Source: Bacillus subtilis subsp. subtilis str. 168 (GTDB taxonomy: Bacteria > Bacillota > Bacilli > Bacillales > Bacillaceae). Taken from it: a DNA stretch of 32,000 nt. The notes beneath the pieces were generated by a model that was not told the origin of the DNA, searched no databases, and saw only the letters and a list, made by a program, of their open reading frames with translations. The position numbers were made by a program, and so were the translations under genes. The stretch lies in contig NC_000964.3 of the NCBI RefSeq assembly GCF_000009045.1, positions 1,830,001 to 1,862,000 of the forward strand. Reading direction: 5' to 3'. Shown here in pieces: positions 23,801 through 30,448 of the stretch; positions within the stretch are counted from its first letter, which is position 1; every line of letters starts with the position of its first letter.

Positions 23801-26800
23801 CTCCCCGCCAGCAGGAATTCACTGCCGTTTTTTCAGCCAAAACAAAATGGAGCCTGCTTAGCTATCTAGAAAATATGCAATTGTTTTTAGAGAAGGAAGC
23901 TTCTCTGGATATTGAACCCGTTGTACAGGCTTTACACAGGAGAAACCATAATTTAGAGCATAGGACTGCATTTACAGTGGCATCGACTCAAGAGCTGATC
24001 GAAAAACTAAAGGTGTTCCGAACATCAAGAGAAAGCTCACTCCAGCAAGGCATCTATACATCATTCGATTTACAGCCATGTGCGGAATCAGCATCTAGGG
24101 ATAGAGAAATAAACGCAGCAGAGCAATGGGCACAAGGGGCATTGATTGCTTTTAAAGAAGCTGATATAGGGAACCGAACAGGCTGGGTTCATCTGCCTCA
24201 CTATGCATTTGACCATAATACATCATTTCATTTCGATGTATCGTCTATCAATGAGAAATCGTCAGATGTTGAAGACAATATCAATCAGCCGGTCATTCAA
24301 GATCAATTCACTTATGATGAGCCTTACGTTCAAGGACACGTCTTCAACAATGAACGGGTGCTTGTCGGTGCCACATATGGCAGTCTGGCCATTGAAGCAT
24401 TTTTTAACCTGTTCCCTGAGGAAAACAGCGGCCGTATCAGCAAATTAAGTTATATCAGTCCAATTGTCATCAAACAAGGCGAGACCATTGAACTTCAGGC
24501 AAAGCCGCTGCAAAAAGATCAAGTCATAGAACTGCAAATCATGTATCGCGAGCCGTCCTCTGGTTTGTGGAAGCCTGCCGCAATCGGACAATGCGGAATC
24601 GGTTCTTTTGAGCCCAAAAAAGTCAATATCGAGAACGTTAAGCATTCATTAACTAAGCTTCATCACATCGATCAGATGTATAAAACCGGAAACGGTCCTG
24701 AATGGGGAGAGTTATTTAAGACAATTACTCATCTCTACAGAGATCACAAGTCTATACTGGCAAAAATTCGCCTGCCCCAAAGCGGGCTGGCAAACGGGCA
24801 CCATTACACTGTAAGCCCATTGATGACAAACAGCGCGTACTTGGCTATCCTCAGTTTCTTAGAGCAGTTTGACATGACAGGCGGCTTCCTGCCGTTTGGA
24901 ATCAATGATATCCAGTTTACAAAGCAAACGATAAAAGGGGATTGCTGGCTTTTGATTACATTGGTTAAGAATACAGGTGACATGTTGCTGTTTGATGTAG
25001 ATGTGATCAATGAGTCGTCAGAAACAGTGCTGCACTACTCGGGCTACTCGCTTAAACAGCTTCGTATTTCGAATCAAAGAGGAAATCAAAATAAGGCCAT
25101 CAAAGCCAGCAATCTGAAAGCTCGTATCAGAAGCTATGTAACAGATAAACTGGCAGTAAACATGGCCGATCCGTCAAAATTGTCAATTGCAAAAGCGCAT
25201 ATCATGGATTTTGGAATTGATTCTTCTCAATTGGTTGCACTGACAAGGGAGATGGAAGCAGAGACAAAGATCGAATTAAATCCGACTCTGTTTTTTGAAT
25301 ATCCGACTATTCAAGAGTTAATCGACTTTTTTGCGGACAAACATGAAGCATCTTTTGCTCAGCTGTTTGGTGAAGCTCATCAGCAGGAAGAACGCCCAGC
25401 TCAAATCGAAAACCAAATGAAACAGATTCCGGCATACGAGACGAACACGGATAAAACAATCGAACACGCGGCAGACGGCATAGCCATTATCGGCATGTCG
25501 GGACAGTTTCCGAAAGCAAACAGCGTAACGGAATTTTGGGATAACCTTGTCCAAGGAAAGAACTGTGTCTCTGAAGTGCCGAAAGAACGCTGGGACTGGC
25601 GCAAATATGCCGCAGCCGATAAGGAAGGGCAATCAAGCCTTCAATGGGGCGGTTTTATAGAAGGAATAGGTGAGTTTGATCCCCTGTTTTTTGGCATATC
25701 GCCTAAAGAAGCGGCGAATATGGACCCACAGGAGTTTCTGCTCTTGATACATGCATGGAAGGCGATGGAAGATGCAGGCTTAACAGGGCAGGTTTTATCC
25801 AGCCGCCCGACAGGAGTATTTGTCGCAGCCGGCAATACGGATACAGCTGTGGTTCCTTCCCTAATTCCAAACCGTATATCCTATGCACTTGATGTAAAAG
25901 GGCCAAGTGAATATTATGAAGCTGCCTGTTCCTCAGCTCTAGTGGCTTTGCACAGAGCTATACAATCCATTCGAAACGGCGAATGTGAGCAAGCCATTGT
26001 CGGGGCTGTGAATTTGCTGCTTTCACCAAAAGGCTTTATTGGCTTCGACTCAATGGGCTATTTGAGTGAGAAAGGGCAGGCCAAATCCTTTCAAGCAGAT
26101 GCAAATGGCTTTGTCAGAAGTGAAGGAGCAGGAGTTCTCATCATTAAACCATTGCAAAAAGCCATTGAAGATTCTGATCATATTTATTCGGTTATTAAAG
26201 GTTCAGGTGTATCGCATGGCGGCAGGGGAATGTCACTTCACGCGCCAAATCCGGCCGGCATGAAGGATGCAATGCTGAAGGCTTATCAAGGAGCGCAAAT
26301 TGATCCCAAAACGGTGACCTATATAGAAGCGCATGGGATCGCCTCTCCATTGGCAGACGCGATAGAAATAGAGGCGTTAAAGTCAGGCTGCAGTCAGCTC
26401 GAATTGGAACTTCCACAGGAAGTACGGGAGGAAGCGCCATGTTATATCAGCAGCTTAAAGCCGAGCATCGGACACGGTGAACTCGTCTCAGGCATGGCTG
26501 CTCTTATGAAGGTCAGCATGGCGATGAAGCATCAAACAATACCAGGCATATCCGGATTTTCGTCTTTGAATGACCAGGTGTCATTAAAGGGCACCCGTTT
26601 CCGAGTGACTGCCGAGAATCAGCAATGGAGGGATTTAAGTGACGATGCAGGCAAAAAAATTCCGCGCAGAGCGAGTATCAACAGCTATAGCTTTGGAGGC
26701 GTAAATGCGCACGTCATTTTAGAAGAATATATTCCTTTACCAAAACCACCGGTTAGTATGAGTGAGAATGGTGCCCACATTGTAGTTCTTTCTGCAAAGA

Positions 26801-28521
26801 ATCAAGACAGGCTAAAAGCAATTGCTCAACAGCAGCTTGACTATGTGAATAAACAACAAGAACTGTCATTACAAGATTATGCTTATACACTTCAAACCGG
26901 CCGAGAGGAAATGGAAGACCGCCTGGCGCTCGTCGTCCGCAGTAAAGAAGAACTGGTAATCGGCTTGCAAGCCTGCTTAGCAGAAAAAGGCGATAAGCTG
27001 AAGAGTTCTGTACCTGTCTTTAGCGGAAATGCAGAAAATGGCTCGTCAGATCTCGAAGCCTTGCTGGATGGTCCATTAAGAGAAATGGTGATCGAGACTT
27101 TGTTGTCTGAAAACAACCTTGAAAAGATCGCGTTTTGCTGGACAAAAGGGGTGCAAATCCCATGGGAAAAGCTTTATCAAGGAAAAGGTGCCCGCAGAAT
27201 ACCGTTGCCAACCTATCCATTTGAAAAGAGAAGCTGCTGGAACGGCTTTCAAGCAGTAGAGAATACGCCTTCTGTTTCACAGGATGAGCGTATCAACAAC
27301 AGCAGCGATCATCACATATTAGCAAATGTACTAGGGATGGCTCCGGATGAACTGCAGTTTCATAAGCCATTGCAGCAGTATGGATTTGATTCAATTTCTT
27401 GCATACAGTTATTACAGCAATTGCAATCAAAGGTGGACCCTCTCATTGTCTTGACGGAGCTTCAAGCATGCCATACTGTTCAGGACATGATGGACTTGAT
27501 CGCAAAGAAACAGGAGGATACATCCTTACAAAATGATCAAGCTCGCACGTTTCCGGAATTAATACCGTTAAATGACGGCAAGCGGGGGCGCCCTGTCTTT
27601 TGGTTCCATGGCGGAGTAGGAGGAGTTGAAATCTATCAGCAATTTGCACAAAAGAGCCAGCGCCCTTTTTACGGCATTCAAGCCAGAGGATTCATGACTG
27701 ATTCTGCTCCTTTGCACGGAATTGAACAAATGGCTTCCTATTATATAGAGATCATTCGATCCATACAGCCTGAAGGTCCTTATGATGTAGGCGGATATTC
27801 CTTAGGCGGGATGATTGCATATGAAGTCACTCGCCAGCTGCAAAGCCAAGGCCTTGCTGTCAAAAGCATGGTGATGATTGACTCCCCATATCGTTCTGAG
27901 ACAAAAGAGAATGAGGCATCTATGAAAACGTCAATGCTGCAAACAATTAATACGATGCTGGCATCGATTGCGAAACGGGAAAAGTTTACGGATGTTCTCA
28001 TCAGCCGTGAAGAGGTGGACATAAGCTTAGAGGATGAAGAATTCCTGTCTGAGTTGATTGACTTGGCAAAAGAACGAGGGCTAAACAAACCAGATAAACA
28101 AATACGTGCGCAGGCTCAGCAAATGATGAAAACACAGCGCGCCTATGATTTGGAGTCGTACACTGTTAAGCCTCTCCCTGATCCTGAGACGGTAAAATGT
28201 TATTATTTCCGCAACAAAAGCAGGTCTTTCTTTGGTGATTTAGACACTTATTTCACTTTATCAAATGAAAAAGAACCGTTTGATCAAGCTGCCTATTGGG
28301 AGGAATGGGAGCGGCAAATTCCTCATTTCCACCTGGTGGATGTCGATTCAAGCAACCACTTCATGATATTAACCGAACCGAAAGCGTCAACAGCCCTGTT
28401 AGAATTTTGCGAAAAGCTCTATTCAAACAGGGGAGTAGTGAATGCGAATTTCCTTAAGGCTTTCCGGAAGAAACATGAAGCGAGGGAAGAAAAAGAAACA
28501 GATGAATTGGTGAAGCGCTGA
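20890..28521 (+). CDS. pksR: Trans-AT PKS PksR (MT-ACP, KS0-DH-like-ACP, KS-ACP-TE)
   Basis: 2543-codon ORF. The ATG lies 8 nt after AGGAGGGG (20874-20881), which overlaps the pksN TAG stop. It contains SAM motif ILEIGAGTGGTS, three ACP DSx motifs, two KS, and the GYSLGG thioesterase nucleophile elbow. The length matches the 2543 aa I recall for B. subtilis PksR. Confidence 0.95.
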   Translation: MLNTEDILCKMLFAQLQSIGFFTESKSQPVLENFYGRWFEESQSILERHQFLKRTENGHVPTRSIGTMSELWKEWNEQKFDLLQDNNMKAMVTLVETALKALPEILTGKASATDILFPNSSMDLVEGVYKNNQVADYFNDVLADTLTAYLQERLKQEPEAKIRILEIGAGTGGTSAAVFQKLKAWQTHIKEYCYTDLSKAFLMHAENKYGPDNPYLTYKRFNVEEPASEQHIDAGGYDAVIAANVLHATKNIRQTLRNAKAVLKKNGLLLLNEISNHNIYSHLTFGLLEGWWLYEDPDLRIPGCPGLYPDTWKMVLESEGFRYVSFMAEQSHQLGQQIIAAESNGVVRQKKRTEAEEDPSHIQMNAEIDHSQESDSLIEQTAQFVKHTLAKSIKLSPERIHEDTTFEKYGIDSILQVNFIRELEKVTGELPKTILFEHNNTKELVEYLVKGHENKLRTALLKEKTKPAKNEAPLQTERTDPNKPFTFHTRRFVTEQEVTETQLANTEPLKIEKTSNLQGTHFNDSSTEDIAIIGVSGRYPMSNSLEELWGHLIAGDNCITEAPESRWRTSLLKTLSKDPKKPANKKRYGGFLQDIEAFDHQLFEVEQNRVMEMTPELRLCLETVWETFEDGGYTRTRLDKLRDDDGVGVFIGNMYNQYFWNIPSLEQAVLSSNGGDWHIANRVSHFFNLTGPSIAVSSACSSSLNAIHLACESLKLKNCSMAIAGGVNLTLDLSKYDSLERANLLGSGNQSKSFGTGNGLIPGEGVGAVLLKPLSKAMEDQDHIYAVIKSSFANHSGGRQMYTAPDPKQQAKLIVKSIQQSGIDPETIGYIESAANGSALGDPIEVIALTNAFQQYTNKKQFCAIGSVKSNLGHLEAASGISQLTKVLLQMKKGTLVPTINAMPVNPNIKLEHTAFYLQEQTEPWHRLNDPETGKQLPRRSMINSFGAGGAYANLIIEEYMETAPEKEHIAPRQQEFTAVFSAKTKWSLLSYLENMQLFLEKEASLDIEPVVQALHRRNHNLEHRTAFTVASTQELIEKLKVFRTSRESSLQQGIYTSFDLQPCAESASRDREINAAEQWAQGALIAFKEADIGNRTGWVHLPHYAFDHNTSFHFDVSSINEKSSDVEDNINQPVIQDQFTYDEPYVQGHVFNNERVLVGATYGSLAIEAFFNLFPEENSGRISKLSYISPIVIKQGETIELQAKPLQKDQVIELQIMYREPSSGLWKPAAIGQCGIGSFEPKKVNIENVKHSLTKLHHIDQMYKTGNGPEWGELFKTITHLYRDHKSILAKIRLPQSGLANGHHYTVSPLMTNSAYLAILSFLEQFDMTGGFLPFGINDIQFTKQTIKGDCWLLITLVKNTGDMLLFDVDVINESSETVLHYSGYSLKQLRISNQRGNQNKAIKASNLKARIRSYVTDKLAVNMADPSKLSIAKAHIMDFGIDSSQLVALTREMEAETKIELNPTLFFEYPTIQELIDFFADKHEASFAQLFGEAHQQEERPAQIENQMKQIPAYETNTDKTIEHAADGIAIIGMSGQFPKANSVTEFWDNLVQGKNCVSEVPKERWDWRKYAAADKEGQSSLQWGGFIEGIGEFDPLFFGISPKEAANMDPQEFLLLIHAWKAMEDAGLTGQVLSSRPTGVFVAAGNTDTAVVPSLIPNRISYALDVKGPSEYYEAACSSALVALHRAIQSIRNGECEQAIVGAVNLLLSPKGFIGFDSMGYLSEKGQAKSFQADANGFVRSEGAGVLIIKPLQKAIEDSDHIYSVIKGSGVSHGGRGMSLHAPNPAGMKDAMLKAYQGAQIDPKTVTYIEAHGIASPLADAIEIEALKSGCSQLELELPQEVREEAPCYISSLKPSIGHGELVSGMAALMKVSMAMKHQTIPGISGFSSLNDQVSLKGTRFRVTAENQQWRDLSDDAGKKIPRRASINSYSFGGVNAHVILEEYIPLPKPPVSMSENGAHIVVLSAKNQDRLKAIAQQQLDYVNKQQELSLQDYAYTLQTGREEMEDRLALVVRSKEELVIGLQACLAEKGDKLKSSVPVFSGNAENGSSDLEALLDGPLREMVIETLLSENNLEKIAFCWTKGVQIPWEKLYQGKGARRIPLPTYPFEKRSCWNGFQAVENTPSVSQDERINNSSDHHILANVLGMAPDELQFHKPLQQYGFDSISCIQLLQQLQSKVDPLIVLTELQACHTVQDMMDLIAKKQEDTSLQNDQARTFPELIPLNDGKRGRPVFWFHGGVGGVEIYQQFAQKSQRPFYGIQARGFMTDSAPLHGIEQMASYYIEIIRSIQPEGPYDVGGYSLGGMIAYEVTRQLQSQGLAVKSMVMIDSPYRSETKENEASMKTSMLQTINTMLASIAKREKFTDVLISREEVDISLEDEEFLSELIDLAKERGLNKPDKQIRAQAQQMMKTQRAYDLESYTVKPLPDPETVKCYYFRNKSRSFFGDLDTYFTLSNEKEPFDQAAYWEEWERQIPHFHLVDVDSSNHFMILTEPKASTALLEFCEKLYSNRGVVNANFLKAFRKKHEAREEKETDELVKR
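21220..21870 (+). other. pksR: PksR SAM-dependent C-methyltransferase (MT) domain
   Basis: Class I methyltransferase motif I ILEIGAGTGGTS at 21379-21414, followed by YDAVIAANVLHAT and LKKNGLLLLNE. Confidence 0.85.
22018..22245 (+). other. pksR: PksR ACP (completes the PksN KS3 module)
   Basis: YGIDSILQVNF with the Ser codon at 22126-22128. Confidence 0.82.
22471..23769 (+). other. pksR: PksR KS0 (condensation-incompetent KS by motif)
   Basis: Cys is retained (SSACSSS, 22987-22989), but YIEAHGTGT is replaced by YIESAANGS (Ala at the His position, 23389-23391). GGTNAH is replaced by GGAYAN (23737-23751). Confidence 0.8.
24290..25070 (+). other. pksR: PksR DH-like double-hotdog domain lacking the catalytic Asp (enoyl-isomerase-like)
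   Basis: His is retained in YVQGHVFNNERVLVG (24337-24339), but the Gly and Pro of HxxxGxxxxP are lost. Where DH1-3 have HPxxxDxALQ, this domain has SPLMTNSAYL (Asn at 24829-24831). Confidence 0.65.
25120..25345 (+). other. pksR: PksR ACP (second)
   Basis: FGIDSSQLVAL with the Ser codon at 25222-25224. Confidence 0.8.
25474..26730 (+). other. pksR: PksR terminal KS
   Basis: DGIAIIGMSGQFP. Cys in EAACSSA at 25927-25929, His in EAHGIAS at 26332-26334, then SIGHGELVSG and GGVNAHVILEEY. Confidence 0.85.
27307..27515 (+). other. pksR: PksR terminal ACP
   Basis: YGFDSISCIQL with the Ser codon at 27391-27393. Confidence 0.8.
27590..28430 (+). other. pksR: PksR thioesterase (TE) domain
   Basis: Alpha/beta-hydrolase pattern: PVFWFHGGVGG, nucleophile elbow GGYSLGG (Ser at 27799-27801), MIDSP, and C-terminal SSNHFMIL (His at 28357-28359). 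Confidence 0.85.
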
Positions 28522-28529
28522 GAAAACAC

Positions 28530-28560
28530 AAACGCCCCCTCTTTTAAAAGGGGGCGTTTT
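28530..28560. terminator. Bidirectional rho-independent terminator between convergent pksR and pksS
   Basis: Stem CGCCCCCT (28533-28540) pairs with AGGGGGCG (28549-28556) around loop CTTTTAAA. It is flanked by an A-run upstream and a T-run downstream, so it reads as hairpin plus U-tract on both strands. It lies 9 nt after the pksR stop and 6 nt after the pksS stop. Confidence 0.85.
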
Positions 28561-28565
28561 GAATG

Positions 28566-29783
28566 TTATTTTGAAAGTGAAACAGGGAGACTTTCTAATC
28601 CTCTTAAAAAGACATTTTTTCTCCATTGAATGTCATCAGGTGCAACCGCAAGTTCAATATCAGGAAATCTCTTCAAAAGTGCTTTAAATGCAATGTGGCC
28701 TTCCAGCCTGGCAAGAGGCGCTCCTAAGCAGAAATGAATGCCAAAACCAAAAGAAATATGTCTATTAGGCGACCGATTTATATTTAATATTTCGGGGTTC
28801 TCAAAAAAATTCGGGTCGCGATTGGCAGATCCGATGCCTATAAAAATCATGTCTCCTCTTTTGATCGAATGCCCCTTATATGTAAAGTCTTCGATGGCCC
28901 ACCGATTTGCCATCATAACGACAGGTGAGGTGTATCGCAGCAATTCTTCAACCGCTGTAGCGATCATTTCAGGCTGCTGCTTGAGCTTCTCACATTCCTT
29001 CTTGTGCTGCAGCAATGCGAGGGTGCCTGAGCCGAGTAAGTTAACAGTTGTTTCAAGGCCGGCTACAACGAGCAAGAACAGCATCGAATAGAGCTCTTTT
29101 TCGCTTAACTTGCTGCCGTTTTCCTCAGCATGCACAAGTTTGCTGATTAAATCGTCTTTTGGCTTTATTCTTCTGTCATGGATCAGCTTAGCGATATAAT
29201 CTTTAAATTCACGAAGGGCCTGATTTGTCAGCTCTCTATTACCTTCAGAGGTATCAACCATCGCATTGGTCCAGATTTGAAACTGTGACCGATCTTCTTT
29301 TGGGATTCCCATCAATTCAGATATAACAATAAAAGGCAAAGGGGAAGCGAAGGATTTCATGATATCCGCTTTATTTTCTTTTTCCATTTCATCTAAAAGC
29401 TGTTCAGCAATTTGTTCAATGCTGCCGCGCAGATTTTCAATGGTTCGGGGAGTAAATGCTTGATGAACAAGTGATCTCAGGCGGGTATGGTCAGGTGTGT
29501 CTTTTGCCAGCATATGATCGGATACAAAATCGATATCTTCACTAACGTTGAGCATTTTGATTTGTTCTTGGTTCATCACATTTTTTACGTCTCTTGTAAT
29601 TCGATTGTCTTTTAAAAAGGCCATACAATCATCGTATCGGGTAATTAACCAGGCCGGATATGTGGCTCCGAACCGTTTTAATTCAAATCGGTGAATGGGC
29701 TCTTCCTCTCTAAATCGTCCTAAAACTGAAAAAGGATTGTGATGAAACTCTTTACCATGCGGATGAAACATCAATTTTTCCAT
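28566..29783 (-). CDS. pksS: Cytochrome P450 (CYP107-like) PksS, bacillaene tailoring oxidase
   Basis: Haem-binding loop FGFGIHFCLGAPLA (Cys codon 28728-28730), I-helix VVAGLETT and ExxR (EELLRY). The start is set at the second ATG (MEKLMF...) because GAGGAG (29791-29796) is 7 nt from it and only 1 nt from the first ATG at 29789. This gives 405 aa. Confidence 0.92.
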   Translation of the reverse strand: MEKLMFHPHGKEFHHNPFSVLGRFREEEPIHRFELKRFGATYPAWLITRYDDCMAFLKDNRITRDVKNVMNQEQIKMLNVSEDIDFVSDHMLAKDTPDHTRLRSLVHQAFTPRTIENLRGSIEQIAEQLLDEMEKENKADIMKSFASPLPFIVISELMGIPKEDRSQFQIWTNAMVDTSEGNRELTNQALREFKDYIAKLIHDRRIKPKDDLISKLVHAEENGSKLSEKELYSMLFLLVVAGLETTVNLLGSGTLALLQHKKECEKLKQQPEMIATAVEELLRYTSPVVMMANRWAIEDFTYKGHSIKRGDMIFIGIGSANRDPNFFENPEILNINRSPNRHISFGFGIHFCLGAPLARLEGHIAFKALLKRFPDIELAVAPDDIQWRKNVFLRGLESLPVSLSK

Positions 29784-29880
29784 TTGCATTCTCCTCGCCT
29801 AATAGGGTAAATAGATGAATCAAATTGCTGAATTAGTTTACAAAAAACAGAATGATTTGAAATGTAATCCTGTCTCTAAA

Positions 29881-29909
29881 ACTATATATCTATCTTAGGC
29901 GTCATTCAA
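29881..29909 (-). promoter_or_regulatory. Candidate sigmaA-type promoter for pksS
   Basis: On the minus strand, TTGAAT (29904-29909), a 17 nt spacer, then TATAGT (29881-29886), about 95 nt upstream of the pksS start. Motif match only. Confidence 0.35.
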
Positions 29910-29954
29910 TAGGGAGAAGAACGAAAAAAGTGAAAAAACGGCTCGATATAAAGC

Positions 29955-29984
29955 AGCGCCTTTGAACGAAAGCTCAAAGGCGCT
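29955..29984 (-). terminator. Probable terminator downstream of ymzB
   Basis: Inverted repeat AGCGCCTTTGA (29955-29965) / TCAAAGGCGCT (29974-29984), 30 nt beyond the ymzB stop. The downstream sequence on the minus strand is T-rich (CTTTAT...GTTTTTT) but lacks an uninterrupted U-tract. Confidence 0.6.
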
Positions 29985-30013
29985 ACGCTGTATTATTTTG
30001 ATGAAAGTGGCTG

Positions 30014-30370
30014 TCAGCTGTGCTGGATATCAATTGTATATACTGCACGATCTGTTACGACCTTCAATCCTTCGTTTTCTTGGTGAATATGAAGCTCACC
30101 TAATAAAGGAATCTCATAGGCATTTTGCGGAAGCGGTACGTTTCCGTCCTCAGTGAATGTTGTTCCTTCGCCTTCTAAAACAAGCTCTTCTTTCGCAACA
30201 TAATCATCAGGATGATTCGTACTGCGTATAGCCACTTTTTGAAGGTGGAGAACAATCTGATCCAAGTCTGATATCTCTTCATCATGGGTCAATTCACCTT
30301 TTCTAATATCAAGCGTCTGGCCGACTTTTGATTCCAGCCATTGAGAAAGCTGTGTATTCGTGTGTGCCAT
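30014..30370 (-). CDS. ymzB: Small acidic protein of unknown function (118 aa)
   Basis: ORF on the minus strand. The start MAHTNTQLSQW is chosen because AAAAGGAGG (30378-30386) lies 7 nt upstream, whereas the longer ORF-track start at 30418 has no SD. No recognisable catalytic motif. The name comes from recalled B. subtilis gene order pksS-ymzB-ymaE-aprX. Confidence 0.72.
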   Translation of the reverse strand: MAHTNTQLSQWLESKVGQTLDIRKGELTHDEEISDLDQIVLHLQKVAIRSTNHPDDYVAKEELVLEGEGTTFTEDGNVPLPQNAYEIPLLGELHIHQENEGLKVVTDRAVYTIDIQHS

Positions 30371-30448
30371 CAATATTCCTCCTTTTGATCTACACGATAC
30401 TATTCCCAATTGCTGCATCTTTTACACGGGAAAGAGCCGCCCCACTCT

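Noticed and set aside
29784-29789. Upstream ATG giving a 407-aa PksS (MQMEKL...)
   Set aside because: The GAGGAG SD is only 1 nt from this ATG but 7 nt from the next one, so the 405-aa form starting MEKLMF is favoured.
29790-30013. pksS-ymzB intergenic region checked for a riboswitch, small RNA or small ORF, for example GTG at 29929 after AGGGAGAAG encoding 10 aa
   Set aside because: It contains only the ymzB terminator hairpin and an AT-rich promoter-like stretch. The mini-ORF is 10 codons and runs into the terminator stem, and I could not identify any conserved riboswitch-like structure by eye.
30371-30418. Longer ymzB ORF start (MQQLGIVSCRSKGGIL-M...)
   Set aside because: The extension is itself the translated SD region (AAAAGGAGG encodes KGG), and no SD precedes the ATG at 30418.
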